From Oculatellaceae cyanobacterium bins.114 (lineage in GTDB: Bacteria; Cyanobacteriota; Cyanobacteriia; Elainellales; Elainellaceae): DNA of 12,071 nucleotides. The position numbers and the translations under genes were made by a program. Of this stretch, positions 1 through 8,488 are shown piece after piece. How positions within the stretch are numbered: position 1 is the stretch's first letter; each line of letters opens with the position of its first letter. The stretch spans positions 1 through 12,071 of the forward strand of contig JANRJA010000169.1 of the NCBI GenBank assembly GCA_033764315.1, given 5' to 3'. The notes beneath the pieces were generated by a model. The model was given only the letters and a program-made list of their open reading frames with translations. It had not been told where the DNA came from and did not search any database.

Positions 1-812
1 CTGAGAAAACTACCCGGTGGCAATAGGCGATCGGCTGCTGAACCGCCGTAATAGATAGGTAGACACCAAGCCAGCAGGGAATCCCACAGCTTCTCACTCA
101 CATACCAATCATTCTCAGCAAAGTTTTCGATCGCCAGGTTGTAGTAATACGGAGCCATCGCGTTCCATTTACTCAACAATTGACCGTTACCCTTTGCCCA
201 ATCTGGTAGCCCCCGACCATACAGGTCAAATTCTAGCCCGCTTTCTCGTAAAAGTTTGATGAAGCTCAAGCGATTCTGGTGATTAGCGGTGCGGTCGATT
301 CCCGATGTAATCCAACTGCAAGGACTAACTTTCTCCGGTGCTCCCATCTCGTTCAAATCGCGAAAAGAGTTGGGATGATACCAGATAGCAGACATGGGTT
401 CAGAAATGGGCGCAAAATCATCAGGCCCAGAAACATATTCACAATACTTTTCTGCTAGCCGATAATCTTTAATTCTACGTTTTTCCTTCTCGACAAAAGG
501 TGGTTCTCGTAAGGCAAAAATCACTCTTTCTTTCGGAACATTACGCAGGCTCTCCTGAAATTTTTGTTCTTCCTGCTCAGCAGTCATTTTGCCTTTGAAT
601 CTATTCAAGAACCAATTTTTGTTGCGAGATTTTCGACCAGGAAATTGGGTGAAGTTATACATCAATATGAAGTCTGGCTCTGGAGCATTTGCCACAACTT
701 GAATATCTTTCCAAACTCCAAACGGTTGAGGAGTCTGATGCCACATCCAATCTCTTGGACTTGGATTTAAGTCGTTGTAGCTGCTAATCATGCCAACGAT
801 TTTTTGATTCAT
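1..812 (-). CDS. Glycosyltransferase family 10 (alpha-1,3/4-fucosyltransferase-like); 3' end lies beyond the left window edge
   Basis: Manual translation from the ATG at 812 gives 270 uninterrupted codons to the edge (MNQKIVGMISSYNDLNPSPRDW...). It contains FDLYGRG and YYYNLAIENFAENDWYVSEKLWDSLLAWCLPIYYG, matching the GT10 GDP-fucose-binding motif (Y-x-F-x-L-x-F-E-N...Y-V-T-E-K...D......P-I-Y-x-G). Absent from the ORF track because the stop is outside the window. Confidence 0.85.
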   Translation of the reverse strand, partial: MNQKIVGMISSYNDLNPSPRDWMWHQTPQPFGVWKDIQVVANAPEPDFILMYNFTQFPGRKSRNKNWFLNRFKGKMTAEQEEQKFQESLRNVPKERVIFALREPPFVEKEKRRIKDYRLAEKYCEYVSGPDDFAPISEPMSAIWYHPNSFRDLNEMGAPEKVSPCSWITSGIDRTANHQNRLSFIKLLRESGLEFDLYGRGLPDWAKGNGQLLSKWNAMAPYYYNLAIENFAENDWYVSEKLWDSLLAWCLPIYYGGSAADRLLPPGSFL

Positions 813-1240
813 ACTAATTCAGGCTATCTACGTTCACTCTGCATCTCACTCGGCGACATCTTGGTCTACAGCTACTCTTAGAGGATTTGCAACTAAAATT
901 TTGTTGATAGTCAGCCAACTTAAAGAAGAGAATACAAAGCTACAAATTCATTCCCATTAAAGTCACATGCTATTTTACTAAGCGCAACTCAGACTTGTTT
1001 TCCGGGTAAAAAGTGACAAATTACTCGACATTCTTGCTAATAACCATCTTACTTAAGGGTCAGTAGAGGTTTAGTTAGCGATGGGTAAAATCTATCAGCA
1101 AGTTACCTTTGAATATGGATCAAACCTTTATTCCTTAGCTCTTTGCCCTCAGATCATAACCCTTCATTTTCAGGATATTCAAGGGCATCTTTACCCTTTA
1201 TTCAAGCTTTACACTTCTATAAAGTAGACCTCTAACCTAA

Positions 1241-1349
1241 GTACTGCTTTTCTCGGAAATAAAACCAAAGGGGTGTGGGAGCTGCTCCCCCAGCCAGGGG
1301 TTTCACCCCTGCACCCCAAATTCCCACCCCTATTTACGACGAGCCGTAC
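1241..1349. mobile_element. MITE-like non-autonomous insertion (~109 bp) with a GC-rich branched hairpin core
   Basis: Imperfect terminal inverted repeats (left GTACTGCTTTTCTCGGAAATA; right, reverse-complemented, GTACGGCTCGTCGTAAATA), with TAA on both flanks (1238-1240, 1350-1352). Core stem GGGGTG 1270-1275/CACCCC 1312-1317 encloses hairpins GGGAG-ctg-CTCCC and CAGGGGT-ttc-ACCCCTG. It is a GC-rich island in an AT-rich spacer. Confidence 0.6.
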
Positions 1350-1540
1350 TAAGTCGGTTTTGAGGGCACCGATTAGGGTGAGTTGGGGCATACAATCGTT
1401 GATATCCAATGCCCAAGCAGACTTGATGAAGTCAGCACTACAAACAGGGTTTTGTAAAAATACCCATTGCGATCGCTCACAGACCACTCACGGTATTTAA
1501 GCTGTAGTCAAAAGAACACAAGCGTCTATAAACTTAGACC

Positions 1541-3619
1541 TCAACCTGCACGATTAACATTTTCTGAAAGTAGCTTGGATGAATTTCCTAAACTACTATT
1601 TTCGTTTGGGCTACCGTTTCTCGCTGACCCCTCAACCATTTCCAACGTTTTGAGTAAACTAGCCGCTGATATATAGGCTTCTTCTGTTAACTCAGCTTGT
1701 TCTTCAGGCGTTTCAGTCATACCGTCTGCCAATAAGCGAAGTGAACCCAGCGTGGAATTGAGGCGAGTCCGAATTTCATAAGACAATTTCATTAATGTTT
1801 CGTTGCGAGTCGCCTGAATCACCTTATTAGTACTTTCAGAAAATTGCATGGAATAGAGACGAGCGTATTGCCCATTCTTCTGAAGCAAATCAGTGTGAGT
1901 TCCAACCTCAACAACACGACCTTTTTCAAGAACAGCAATCTGATTTGCTTTCTGCACCGTTGATAAGCGGTGAGCAATGACTATAGTGGTGCGGTTAAGA
2001 CTTAAATGTTCAATCGCCTGTTGAACTAGACGTTCAGAGACAGTGTCTAGAGCACTCGTTGCTTCATCAAGAATGAGAATTTCAGGGTCTTGTAACAATG
2101 CACGAGCGATCGCCAATCGTTGACGCTGACCTCCTGACAACATCACGCCGCGATCGCCAATGATGGTATCTAAACCCTCTGGCAAGCGAACAATAAACTC
2201 ATAGGCATTAGCTAACTTTGCCGCATCAATAATTTCATCCTCAGTGGCATCCGCTCGAGCGTAGGCAATGTTGTTGCGAATTGTGTCATTAAACAAAAAT
2301 GTATCTTGACTGACGATACCCATTGATCGCCTTAAGGTGCGAATATCAAAATCTCGTAGGTCAACACCATCAATCGTGATCATTCCAGCCGTCGGATCAT
2401 AAAATCGGGGCAGAAGATCGGCAAGAGTTGACTTGCCAGCTCCTGATGAGCCGACTAGGGCTAAAGTCGTGCCACGAGGAACCTTGAGGCTAATGCCTTG
2501 CAACACGGTATCTGGATGACCAGGGTATGAGAAGTAAAGGTCTTGCAGGCAAATTTCACTCTTAAGATGGGTAAATTCAATAACGCCATTCTTCATAAAT
2601 GGCTTGTTCTGAGTATTTAGAAAATCATGAACAACAGCCACACTAGCAGAAGCATTTGCAAAACTACTACGGGCGTTGTTTAACTGTGAGACATAGGGTA
2701 ATAGCCGGAGCAACACCAACAAATAAGTCAACAACAGTGTTGACATTTCTTGTACTTGATTATTAAAAACAGCCCGACTAAAAAGTAGGATAAAGATGAT
2801 AATGCAGGTACCAGTTACCTCATTTAATGGTCCAATGACCTCTGCATTCATCTGAGATTGAAACTCAAGTTTTTCTCGCTCGCGAATCAAGTATTGAATG
2901 TGTTTATATTCTCTATCTTCATTGCCAGTTGCTTTGACCAGACGAATTCCAGTCAACGCTTCTAAAACACTAACTGAATAATCTCTAGAAGACTCAGAGA
3001 GAGCTTTACCAAATCGTTTTGCACGAGCAATAATAGATTGATTAAATAAAGCAACAATCGATAATAGAATTGTTGCTGCGATCGTCAATTGCCAAGAAAT
3101 AGCTATCAATATTCCTACAAAAACAAAAATAGTAATTGCAGTCATCGACATCCGGATCATCAAGCCAATAGATGTTGCAGTCCGGTTTACTTCAGTACTC
3201 AGACGATGAATTAGATCCCCGACTTGCATTCTAGAGTAGTAATCTAAGTCCACTCTCAGCAAAAGATCTAATCCAGCTTCTCGTAAATCTCGAGCTAGTG
3301 ATCGTTTCAAGGAACTAGAAGAGAGAGTACTCAGATAGCCTGTCAAGTTCTTCAGAAGAATTGCTATAAGGATCGCCCCGACCATAGCGTAAGGGCGAAG
3401 ATTTTCAGGGACATCGTTAAACGGTGCAAGCAGTCCTTTAATCAGGGGTGGAAAACCATTTAGTTGAAGTGCTTGACCCGAAAGATTAAGGATGATGGGG
3501 GCAATCAGGGTGGTGCTAACACCATTGAATAAAGCTCCTGAAAACCCTAACACTACGGTTGTGAGGATGCGACCAGGGTAGGGCTTGGCAAATTTGAGCA
3601 ATAATTGATTAGAAGACAT
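1541..3619 (-). CDS. ABC exporter half-transporter (TMD+NBD, HepA/MsbA-like) with a C-terminal degenerate HisKA/DHp-like extension
   Basis: N-terminal multi-TM domain. Walker A GSSGAGKST, Q-loop VSQD, signature LSGGQRQR, Walker B/D-loop ILILDEATSALD and H-loop IAHRLST are all intact. SD-like GGAAGGA just upstream of the ATG. The NBD ends at about F593; the tail contains LSYEIRTRLNSTLGSLRLLADG...PEEQ...EEAYISAASLL. A glycosyltransferase lies downstream on the same strand. Confidence 0.92.
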   Translation of the reverse strand: MSSNQLLLKFAKPYPGRILTTVVLGFSGALFNGVSTTLIAPIILNLSGQALQLNGFPPLIKGLLAPFNDVPENLRPYAMVGAILIAILLKNLTGYLSTLSSSSLKRSLARDLREAGLDLLLRVDLDYYSRMQVGDLIHRLSTEVNRTATSIGLMIRMSMTAITIFVFVGILIAISWQLTIAATILLSIVALFNQSIIARAKRFGKALSESSRDYSVSVLEALTGIRLVKATGNEDREYKHIQYLIREREKLEFQSQMNAEVIGPLNEVTGTCIIIFILLFSRAVFNNQVQEMSTLLLTYLLVLLRLLPYVSQLNNARSSFANASASVAVVHDFLNTQNKPFMKNGVIEFTHLKSEICLQDLYFSYPGHPDTVLQGISLKVPRGTTLALVGSSGAGKSTLADLLPRFYDPTAGMITIDGVDLRDFDIRTLRRSMGIVSQDTFLFNDTIRNNIAYARADATEDEIIDAAKLANAYEFIVRLPEGLDTIIGDRGVMLSGGQRQRLAIARALLQDPEILILDEATSALDTVSERLVQQAIEHLSLNRTTIVIAHRLSTVQKANQIAVLEKGRVVEVGTHTDLLQKNGQYARLYSMQFSESTNKVIQATRNETLMKLSYEIRTRLNSTLGSLRLLADGMTETPEEQAELTEEAYISAASLLKTLEMVEGSARNGSPNENSSLGNSSKLLSENVNRAG

Positions 3620-3816
3620 GCAATCCTTCCCAACAAAAACCTTTTAGAACCGAGGGCTAGTCTCAGACACTCCAAAGTATCTAAACCTCAATGAGTATCG
3701 ATAGACCATTGGTTTGAAAACTGTTGTAATCAATAGCACTCTGAGTTGTAAACACCTGTAGAAGGATTTCTGCCTTCCTGATGCTGCTTCCGGGTTAAGA
3801 ATTTCACCCAAGAAGC

Positions 3817-3834
3817 ATTACAAAACTTTACATT
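3817..3834 (+). promoter_or_regulatory. HLR1-like direct repeat (RpaB/OmpR-family binding site candidate)
   Basis: ATTACAAA-AC-TTTACATT versus the HLR1 consensus (G/T)TTACA(T/A)(T/A)-N2-(G/T)TTACA(T/A)(T/A): one mismatch in 16 positions, ~200 bp upstream of the ABC exporter start. Confidence 0.55.
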
Positions 3835-4436
3835 ATGCATTTTGGTATCACTACTCTCTCCCTATTTAATCTGATTTAAGTCAAAAGATGAGCTTAGTAC
3901 CCTGTTGACATACAGAATAGCCTCATACCTTGCCTTTTTGCCATGCTTATTAAGCTATAAAGCTGCTCAACGAGGCCAAATTTTCCTTCTGTTGAGCCTG
4001 ACACAGGTTCATTGTTGAGATGAAACTTACACTGGAGAGGAAGAAAGAACGCTGACTGGTTAACCGACTGAGACCAATCATAGCTAACCCAAATTGCCCT
4101 AAAACGGTTGTTGTAGGGCTTAACTTGAATTCTATCGTTCGATATTATGTTGCTTTGAATCATTAGGTAGGAGTGGTTATGTCAATCTAAATCGGTCAGA
4201 TGGCTATTTAGCATTCGTTGTGTTGACCGTCTAGAGAGTGTCAGTGTGTCTGAGATTAGGACTACACGACTGTTATGGAAGGGTGATTGACTAGAGTTTA
4301 GATGAATGATTGTTGTGGGCTTGAGGGGTTGACTGGTCAGCTAATCCCTTTGCTAACTCAACGTCTTATTAAAAAGCCGCCAGTTTCTGATAGACCTGTC
4401 CCAAGAGTTGGTTGGGCTTCACATTTGCCCCCCTAC

Positions 4437-4643
4437 TCAATCCACCAGTCTTAATCGTCCAGTTTGGATGTAATCAAAGACTCGATTAATTTGACGGCGT
4501 TCCTCTTCCGAGATTCTGTCATCAGCGAGGATGGTAGAGGTCAGTTGCAGATGTTCTTCCCGATTCATTGCACCAGCAGCAATAATTCGTTCCACTAATG
4601 CTGCAACATTTAAGCTTGATCTGCTTGAAACAGTCCATACCAT
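4437..4643 (-). CDS. Small helical hypothetical protein (68 aa), cyanobacterial type
   Basis: Clean ATG-TGA ORF with AGGA upstream. The amphipathic helical pattern LVERII...MNREEHLQL...ISEEERRQINRVFDYIQTGRLRLVD resembles, from memory, a recurrent cyanobacterial small-protein family of unknown function. Confidence 0.75.
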   Translation of the reverse strand: MVWTVSSRSSLNVAALVERIIAAGAMNREEHLQLTSTILADDRISEEERRQINRVFDYIQTGRLRLVD

Positions 4644-5079
4644 AGGTTCACATCCTGATTCAACATTACAGTCCAGTAGATTAGACTGGCTATAAAACCA
4701 TTGTGTTGCTTTCCCTGAGTAATTTAGGCAAAGCTTAGATGAGAGAACAATAAAGAGTTGATTAACTAAAGTAGTTTCGTATACATAAAGGTTGAGTCTT
4801 TCCAGAGTGGATGATGTTTTTGCTCTGGGTGAACCTTAGTTTGGGTTCGGCGGAGAAAAATAAATAGTTGCAAAGAGCAATGGGGAATTGGGGTTTACTG
4901 CTCTGGTAAGAATAGACGATTAGTCATCCACAATCAATATTGACAAAGCGGTCGTCTAAAGAGCAGTCGTGATAGTACTGAATATTTTTACCTCACATGA
5001 ATGAAGTAGATGGGGTTAAACCTATTGCCATCGTGTTGTTTCAAGACTATAGAACTGTTAAGGATCTCTCTAGAAGCCT

Positions 5080-5853
5080 ATGAATATCCATCAGATTCCG
5101 GTGTTGTCAGATAACTACATTTATATATTGCAGAACTTGAGCGATCGCACGGCGGCTGTGGTTGATCCTGCTGAGGCGCACTCTGTATTAGAGTGGCTTG
5201 AAAAGAATGGCGATCGCTTGATTGCGATTTTCAACACCCATCATCATGGAGATCATGTGGGTGGTAATGCCCAGCTTATTAAAGCGTTTCCAGAAACCGT
5301 GGTGTATGGAGGGGCGGAAGATTGGGGGAGAATTCCAGGGCAACAGGTGTTGTTGAAGGAAGGCGATCGCGTCTCTTTTGGCGATCGCACGGCTGAGGTT
5401 CTGTTTGTCCCTGGACACACTAGAGCGCATATTGCATATTATTTTCCCCCTGAAGCTGCCGATGGGACAGGCGAATTATTTTGTGGGGATACGCTATTTG
5501 CAGGGGGCTGTGGTCGGTTGTTTGAGGGAACTCCGGCTCAGATGGTGACATCGCTTAGCAAACTACGATCCTTGCCAGATCAAACACGAGTTTGGTGTGC
5601 CCACGAGTATACATTGAAGAATTTGGAGTTTGCGTTAGCGGTTGACTCAGACAACGTTACCTTGAAAGCACGGTTTGATGATGTAAAAATGCAGCGATCG
5701 CATTTCAGACCAACCGTGCCTTCAATGCTGGGGGTCGAGAAAAATACCAATCCGTTTTTGCGGTGGGATCAGCCTAACCTGCAAGCTGCGATGAACAGTG
5801 GCGATGCGATCCAGACCTTTGCTCGATTGCGCGGCAAGAAAGATCAGTTCTAG
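5080..5853 (+). CDS. gloB: Hydroxyacylglutathione hydrolase (glyoxalase II)
   Basis: Metallo-beta-lactamase motifs [26 protein letters not shown] and CAHEYT; N-terminal DNYIY; C-terminal EKNTNPFLR...LRGKKDQF. Confidence 0.96.
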   Translation: MNIHQIPVLSDNYIYILQNLSDRTAAVVDPAEAHSVLEWLEKNGDRLIAIFNTHHHGDHVGGNAQLIKAFPETVVYGGAEDWGRIPGQQVLLKEGDRVSFGDRTAEVLFVPGHTRAHIAYYFPPEAADGTGELFCGDTLFAGGCGRLFEGTPAQMVTSLSKLRSLPDQTRVWCAHEYTLKNLEFALAVDSDNVTLKARFDDVKMQRSHFRPTVPSMLGVEKNTNPFLRWDQPNLQAAMNSGDAIQTFARLRGKKDQF

Positions 5854-5877
5854 TTCCCATTAAAAGATGCTTTTTAG

Positions 5878-5907
5878 TTGCGATCGTCCTCTTCTGTTCG
5901 CTATTAT
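5878..5907 (+). promoter_or_regulatory. Putative sigma70-type promoter for rplI
   Basis: TTGCGA (5878-5883), 18-nt spacer, TATTAT (5902-5907), about 90 nt upstream of the rplI ATG. Confidence 0.4.
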
Positions 5908-5999
5908 TATGTGTCTGGCATTATTCTGCTGACCGTGATTCCGATTGAGGACATCCCGGGGAATCACGATCAATATTTATTGGGTTATTGAGTCAGCTC

Positions 6000-6464
6000 A
6001 TGGCAAAACGTGTTCAATTGGTTCTAAGTAAAGACATTAGTAAGCTCGGCAAAACTGGAGATTTGGTTGAGGTGGCTCCTGGTTATGCCCGCAACTATCT
6101 CCTTCCTCAAGGATTGGCGGTTCACACGACACCCGGCATCTTAAAGCAAGTAGAACGGCGACGTGAGGAAGAACGGCAACGGCTGCTGGAGCAGAAGCGT
6201 GAGGCTGAAACGGTGAAAGCAGCTTTAGAAAAAGCAGGTCGTTTTAGTATTTCTAAGCAGGTCGGTGAGAATGATGCCATTTTTGGTACTGTGACCGATC
6301 GCGAAGTAGTTGAGATGATTTCTGCGGCAACAGGGCATGACATTGATCGACGTGGCGTGACGGTTCCTGATATCCACAAACTTGGCTCATACAAAGTTGA
6401 CATTAAGTTGCATCCTGAAGTGACAGCAACAGTCGATATTCAAGTTGTGGCGTTGAGATCATAG
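6000..6464 (+). CDS. rplI: 50S ribosomal protein L9 (bL9)
   Basis: MAKRVQLVL...[26 protein letters not shown] (L9 N-terminal signature), IFGTVT and KLHPEV. The ATG at 6000 is preferred over the TTG at 5988. Adjacent to dnaB. Confidence 0.97.
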   Translation: MAKRVQLVLSKDISKLGKTGDLVEVAPGYARNYLLPQGLAVHTTPGILKQVERRREEERQRLLEQKREAETVKAALEKAGRFSISKQVGENDAIFGTVTDREVVEMISAATGHDIDRRGVTVPDIHKLGSYKVDIKLHPEVTATVDIQVVALRS

Positions 6465-6528
6465 AGCAAGGGTAATTCCCCAAGCCTAAAATTCCTGAAG
6501 CTGGGGGGGGGATAAACCGAAATTTGAC

Positions 6529-6567
6529 AGAGGCGGAAGGCACGGTTGTTGTCTTTCGCCTCTTTAT
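6529..6567 (+). terminator. Stem-loop, probable intrinsic terminator downstream of rplI
   Basis: AGAGGCGGAAGGCA (6529-6542) pairs with TGTCTTTCGCCTCT (6550-6563): 14 bp including two G-U pairs, 7-nt loop, followed by a short T-rich tail. Confidence 0.6.
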
Positions 6568-6723
6568 CGTCTCGCCGTCTCAACTTTTGTTGTTTTGATG
6601 AAACCTGATGATATGAATCAGTGTTTGAGAGTATAGATCGTTGAACGATTTGCGTTAGAAGTTGATCGAGTTGTTCCTGATAAAGATTTGGTTAAGAGTC
6701 TCTATAAATCAGTCGAGACAACC

Positions 6724-6747
6724 TACAATACTAGTACAAAGGTATTA
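6724..6747 (+). promoter_or_regulatory. Putative -10 element (TACAAT) followed by a cyanobacterial LexA-box-like palindrome upstream of dnaB
   Basis: TACAAT at 6724-6729. TAGTAC-AAAG-GTATTA at 6732-6747 has one mismatch to the cyanobacterial LexA consensus RGTACNNNDGTWCB. Confidence 0.5.
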
Positions 6748-7006
6748 TTCTAAAATCTAGAAATTCCCTCACTTGTTTGACGCTGGAATTTCAAGATCGG
6801 AACTGATGACTGAGAGAGAAAATATTTAGAGTCATAGACTGCTTTTGCCTTGATTTGTTGAATTTTGTATATTTGCTGATCGAAATCCTGTAACGCTGCC
6901 AGTAGAGTAGTAAAGCGTCTTATCTTTCTTTTCCCACCATCACTGGTGGCTTATGATTACAAAGACGCCGCGTTGACGTGGTTTATTCTGCTTAGACCTA
7001 AAGGCT

Positions 7007-8362
7007 ATGGTTCAAGAACTTAATTTTCAAGTCTATAGCGATCGCCTTCCTCCCCAAAATATTGATGCTGAAGAGGCCATTTTGGGAGGTATTTTGCTAG
7101 ATCCAGAGGCCATTGGTCGAGTAGCAGAGTTGCTGCGTCCTGATGCATTTTATATTAGTGCCCACCAAGAAATTTATCGAACGGCTCTAGCCCTGCATGC
7201 TCAGGGTAGGCCCACTGATTTAATGAGCATCACAAGTCGGCTCTATGACAACGGGTTGCTTGACAAGATTGGAGGACAAAGCCGATTAGCCCAGTTAGTT
7301 GACCGCACTGTAAGTGCCGTCAACATTGACCAGTATGCCCAACTGGTGATGGATAAATTTTTGCGCCGCAAACTGATTCAGGTGGGCAATGAAGTGGTGC
7401 AACTGGGGTATGAAATCAATGCACCCCTTGAAAAGGTTTTAGATCAATCAGAGCAAAAGATTTTTGGTGTCACTCAGGTTCGTCCTCAACAGAGTTTGAT
7501 GCCTACAGCCGATATCTTGACTTCAACTTTTTCTGATATAGAGAGTCGCTCTTTGGGGATGGTCTTACCAGGCATCTCGTGTGGCTTTTATGATCTAGAT
7601 GCCATGACTCAGGGCTTTCAGCGGTCAGATTTGATTATCACAGCTGGACGCCCCTCCATGGGGAAAACCAGTTTTGTCCTAAACATAGCTCGCAATATTG
7701 CTGCCTTTCATAAGTTGCCAGTGGCAGTTTTTAGCTTAGAAATGTCGAAGGAACAATTGGTCTATCGTCTGCTATCCAGTGAAGTAAAGATTGAGAGCGG
7801 ACGATTGAGAGCCGGACGCATCAATCAAAATGAGTGGGAACCATTGGGTCATGCGATTAGCATCTTATCGCAAGTGCCTGTTTTTATTGACGATACGCCT
7901 AATATCTCCGTCAACGAGATGCGATCGAAAGCCCGCCGACTCCAGGCAGAACAGGGGGGTGCGCTGGGGTTGATTCTTATTGACTATTTGCAGTTGATGG
8001 AAAACAGTGGGAGCGAAAACAGGGTTCAAGAGTTGTCTCGTATCACTCGCGCTTTGAAGGGGTTGGCTCGTGAGTTAAATGTACCTGTGATTGCTCTATC
8101 TCAGCTAAGCCGGGGCGTAGAGTCGCGGACTAATAAGCGACCGATGATGTCTGATCTGCGGGAGTCAGGCAGTATTGAACAGGACGCGGATGTCATTATT
8201 ATGTTGTATCGGGATGAGTACTATAACCCAGATACTCCCGACCGTGGCATTGCTGAGATTATTATCACAAAACATCGAAATGGGCCTGTCGGGACGGTGA
8301 AGATGCTGTTTGAACCACAGTTTACCCTCTTTCGGAATCTTGCCTCTCCTCAGCGGAGTTAA
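7007..8362 (+). CDS. dnaB: Replicative DNA helicase DnaB (intein-free)
   Basis: PPQNIDAEEAILGGIL N-terminus, Walker A GRPSMGKT, FSLEM, Walker B ILIDYLQLM, LSQLSR, LRESGSIEQDAD and KHRNGPVG; 451 aa. Confidence 0.98.
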   Translation: MVQELNFQVYSDRLPPQNIDAEEAILGGILLDPEAIGRVAELLRPDAFYISAHQEIYRTALALHAQGRPTDLMSITSRLYDNGLLDKIGGQSRLAQLVDRTVSAVNIDQYAQLVMDKFLRRKLIQVGNEVVQLGYEINAPLEKVLDQSEQKIFGVTQVRPQQSLMPTADILTSTFSDIESRSLGMVLPGISCGFYDLDAMTQGFQRSDLIITAGRPSMGKTSFVLNIARNIAAFHKLPVAVFSLEMSKEQLVYRLLSSEVKIESGRLRAGRINQNEWEPLGHAISILSQVPVFIDDTPNISVNEMRSKARRLQAEQGGALGLILIDYLQLMENSGSENRVQELSRITRALKGLARELNVPVIALSQLSRGVESRTNKRPMMSDLRESGSIEQDADVIIMLYRDEYYNPDTPDRGIAEIIITKHRNGPVGTVKMLFEPQFTLFRNLASPQRS

Positions 8363-8488
8363 GTGGAATTGACTGGATGATGAGAGCGATCGCGTCATTT
8401 TGACTCGCACTGTTCTTTTGATTTGCAGTTGCAACACCAAGTGAAAGCTTTAATCGGCGATCGCATTGTCTCCTGAACTCAAAGCAAA

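Noticed and set aside
564..770. 68-aa plus-strand ORF
   Set aside because: Antisense shadow of the GT10 gene; TTG start and no recognisable motif.
1209..1676. ORFs 1209-1487 (-), 1273-1500 (+) and 1467-1676 (+)
   Set aside because: They span the MITE-like repeat or are antisense to the ABC gene's 3' end, with no protein-like features.
3894..4163. 89-aa minus-strand ORF in the exporter leader
   Set aside because: No SD, no family resemblance and random-looking composition; cannot be supported without homology or ribosome-profiling data.
4924..4932. DnaA-box-like TCATCCACA
   Set aside because: Single one-mismatch copy with no cluster; no oriC signature here or near dnaB.
2158..5140. HIP1-free, AT-richer stretch as a sign of horizontal transfer
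   Set aside because: Much of it is intergenic or TM-coding, a one-mismatch HIP1 variant is present, counts are too small, and there are no mobility genes.
6503..6511. G9 homopolymer as a phase-variation tract
   Set aside because: It lies in the rplI 3' UTR, outside any ORF or identifiable promoter spacer, and can pair with the C-run at 6478-6481.
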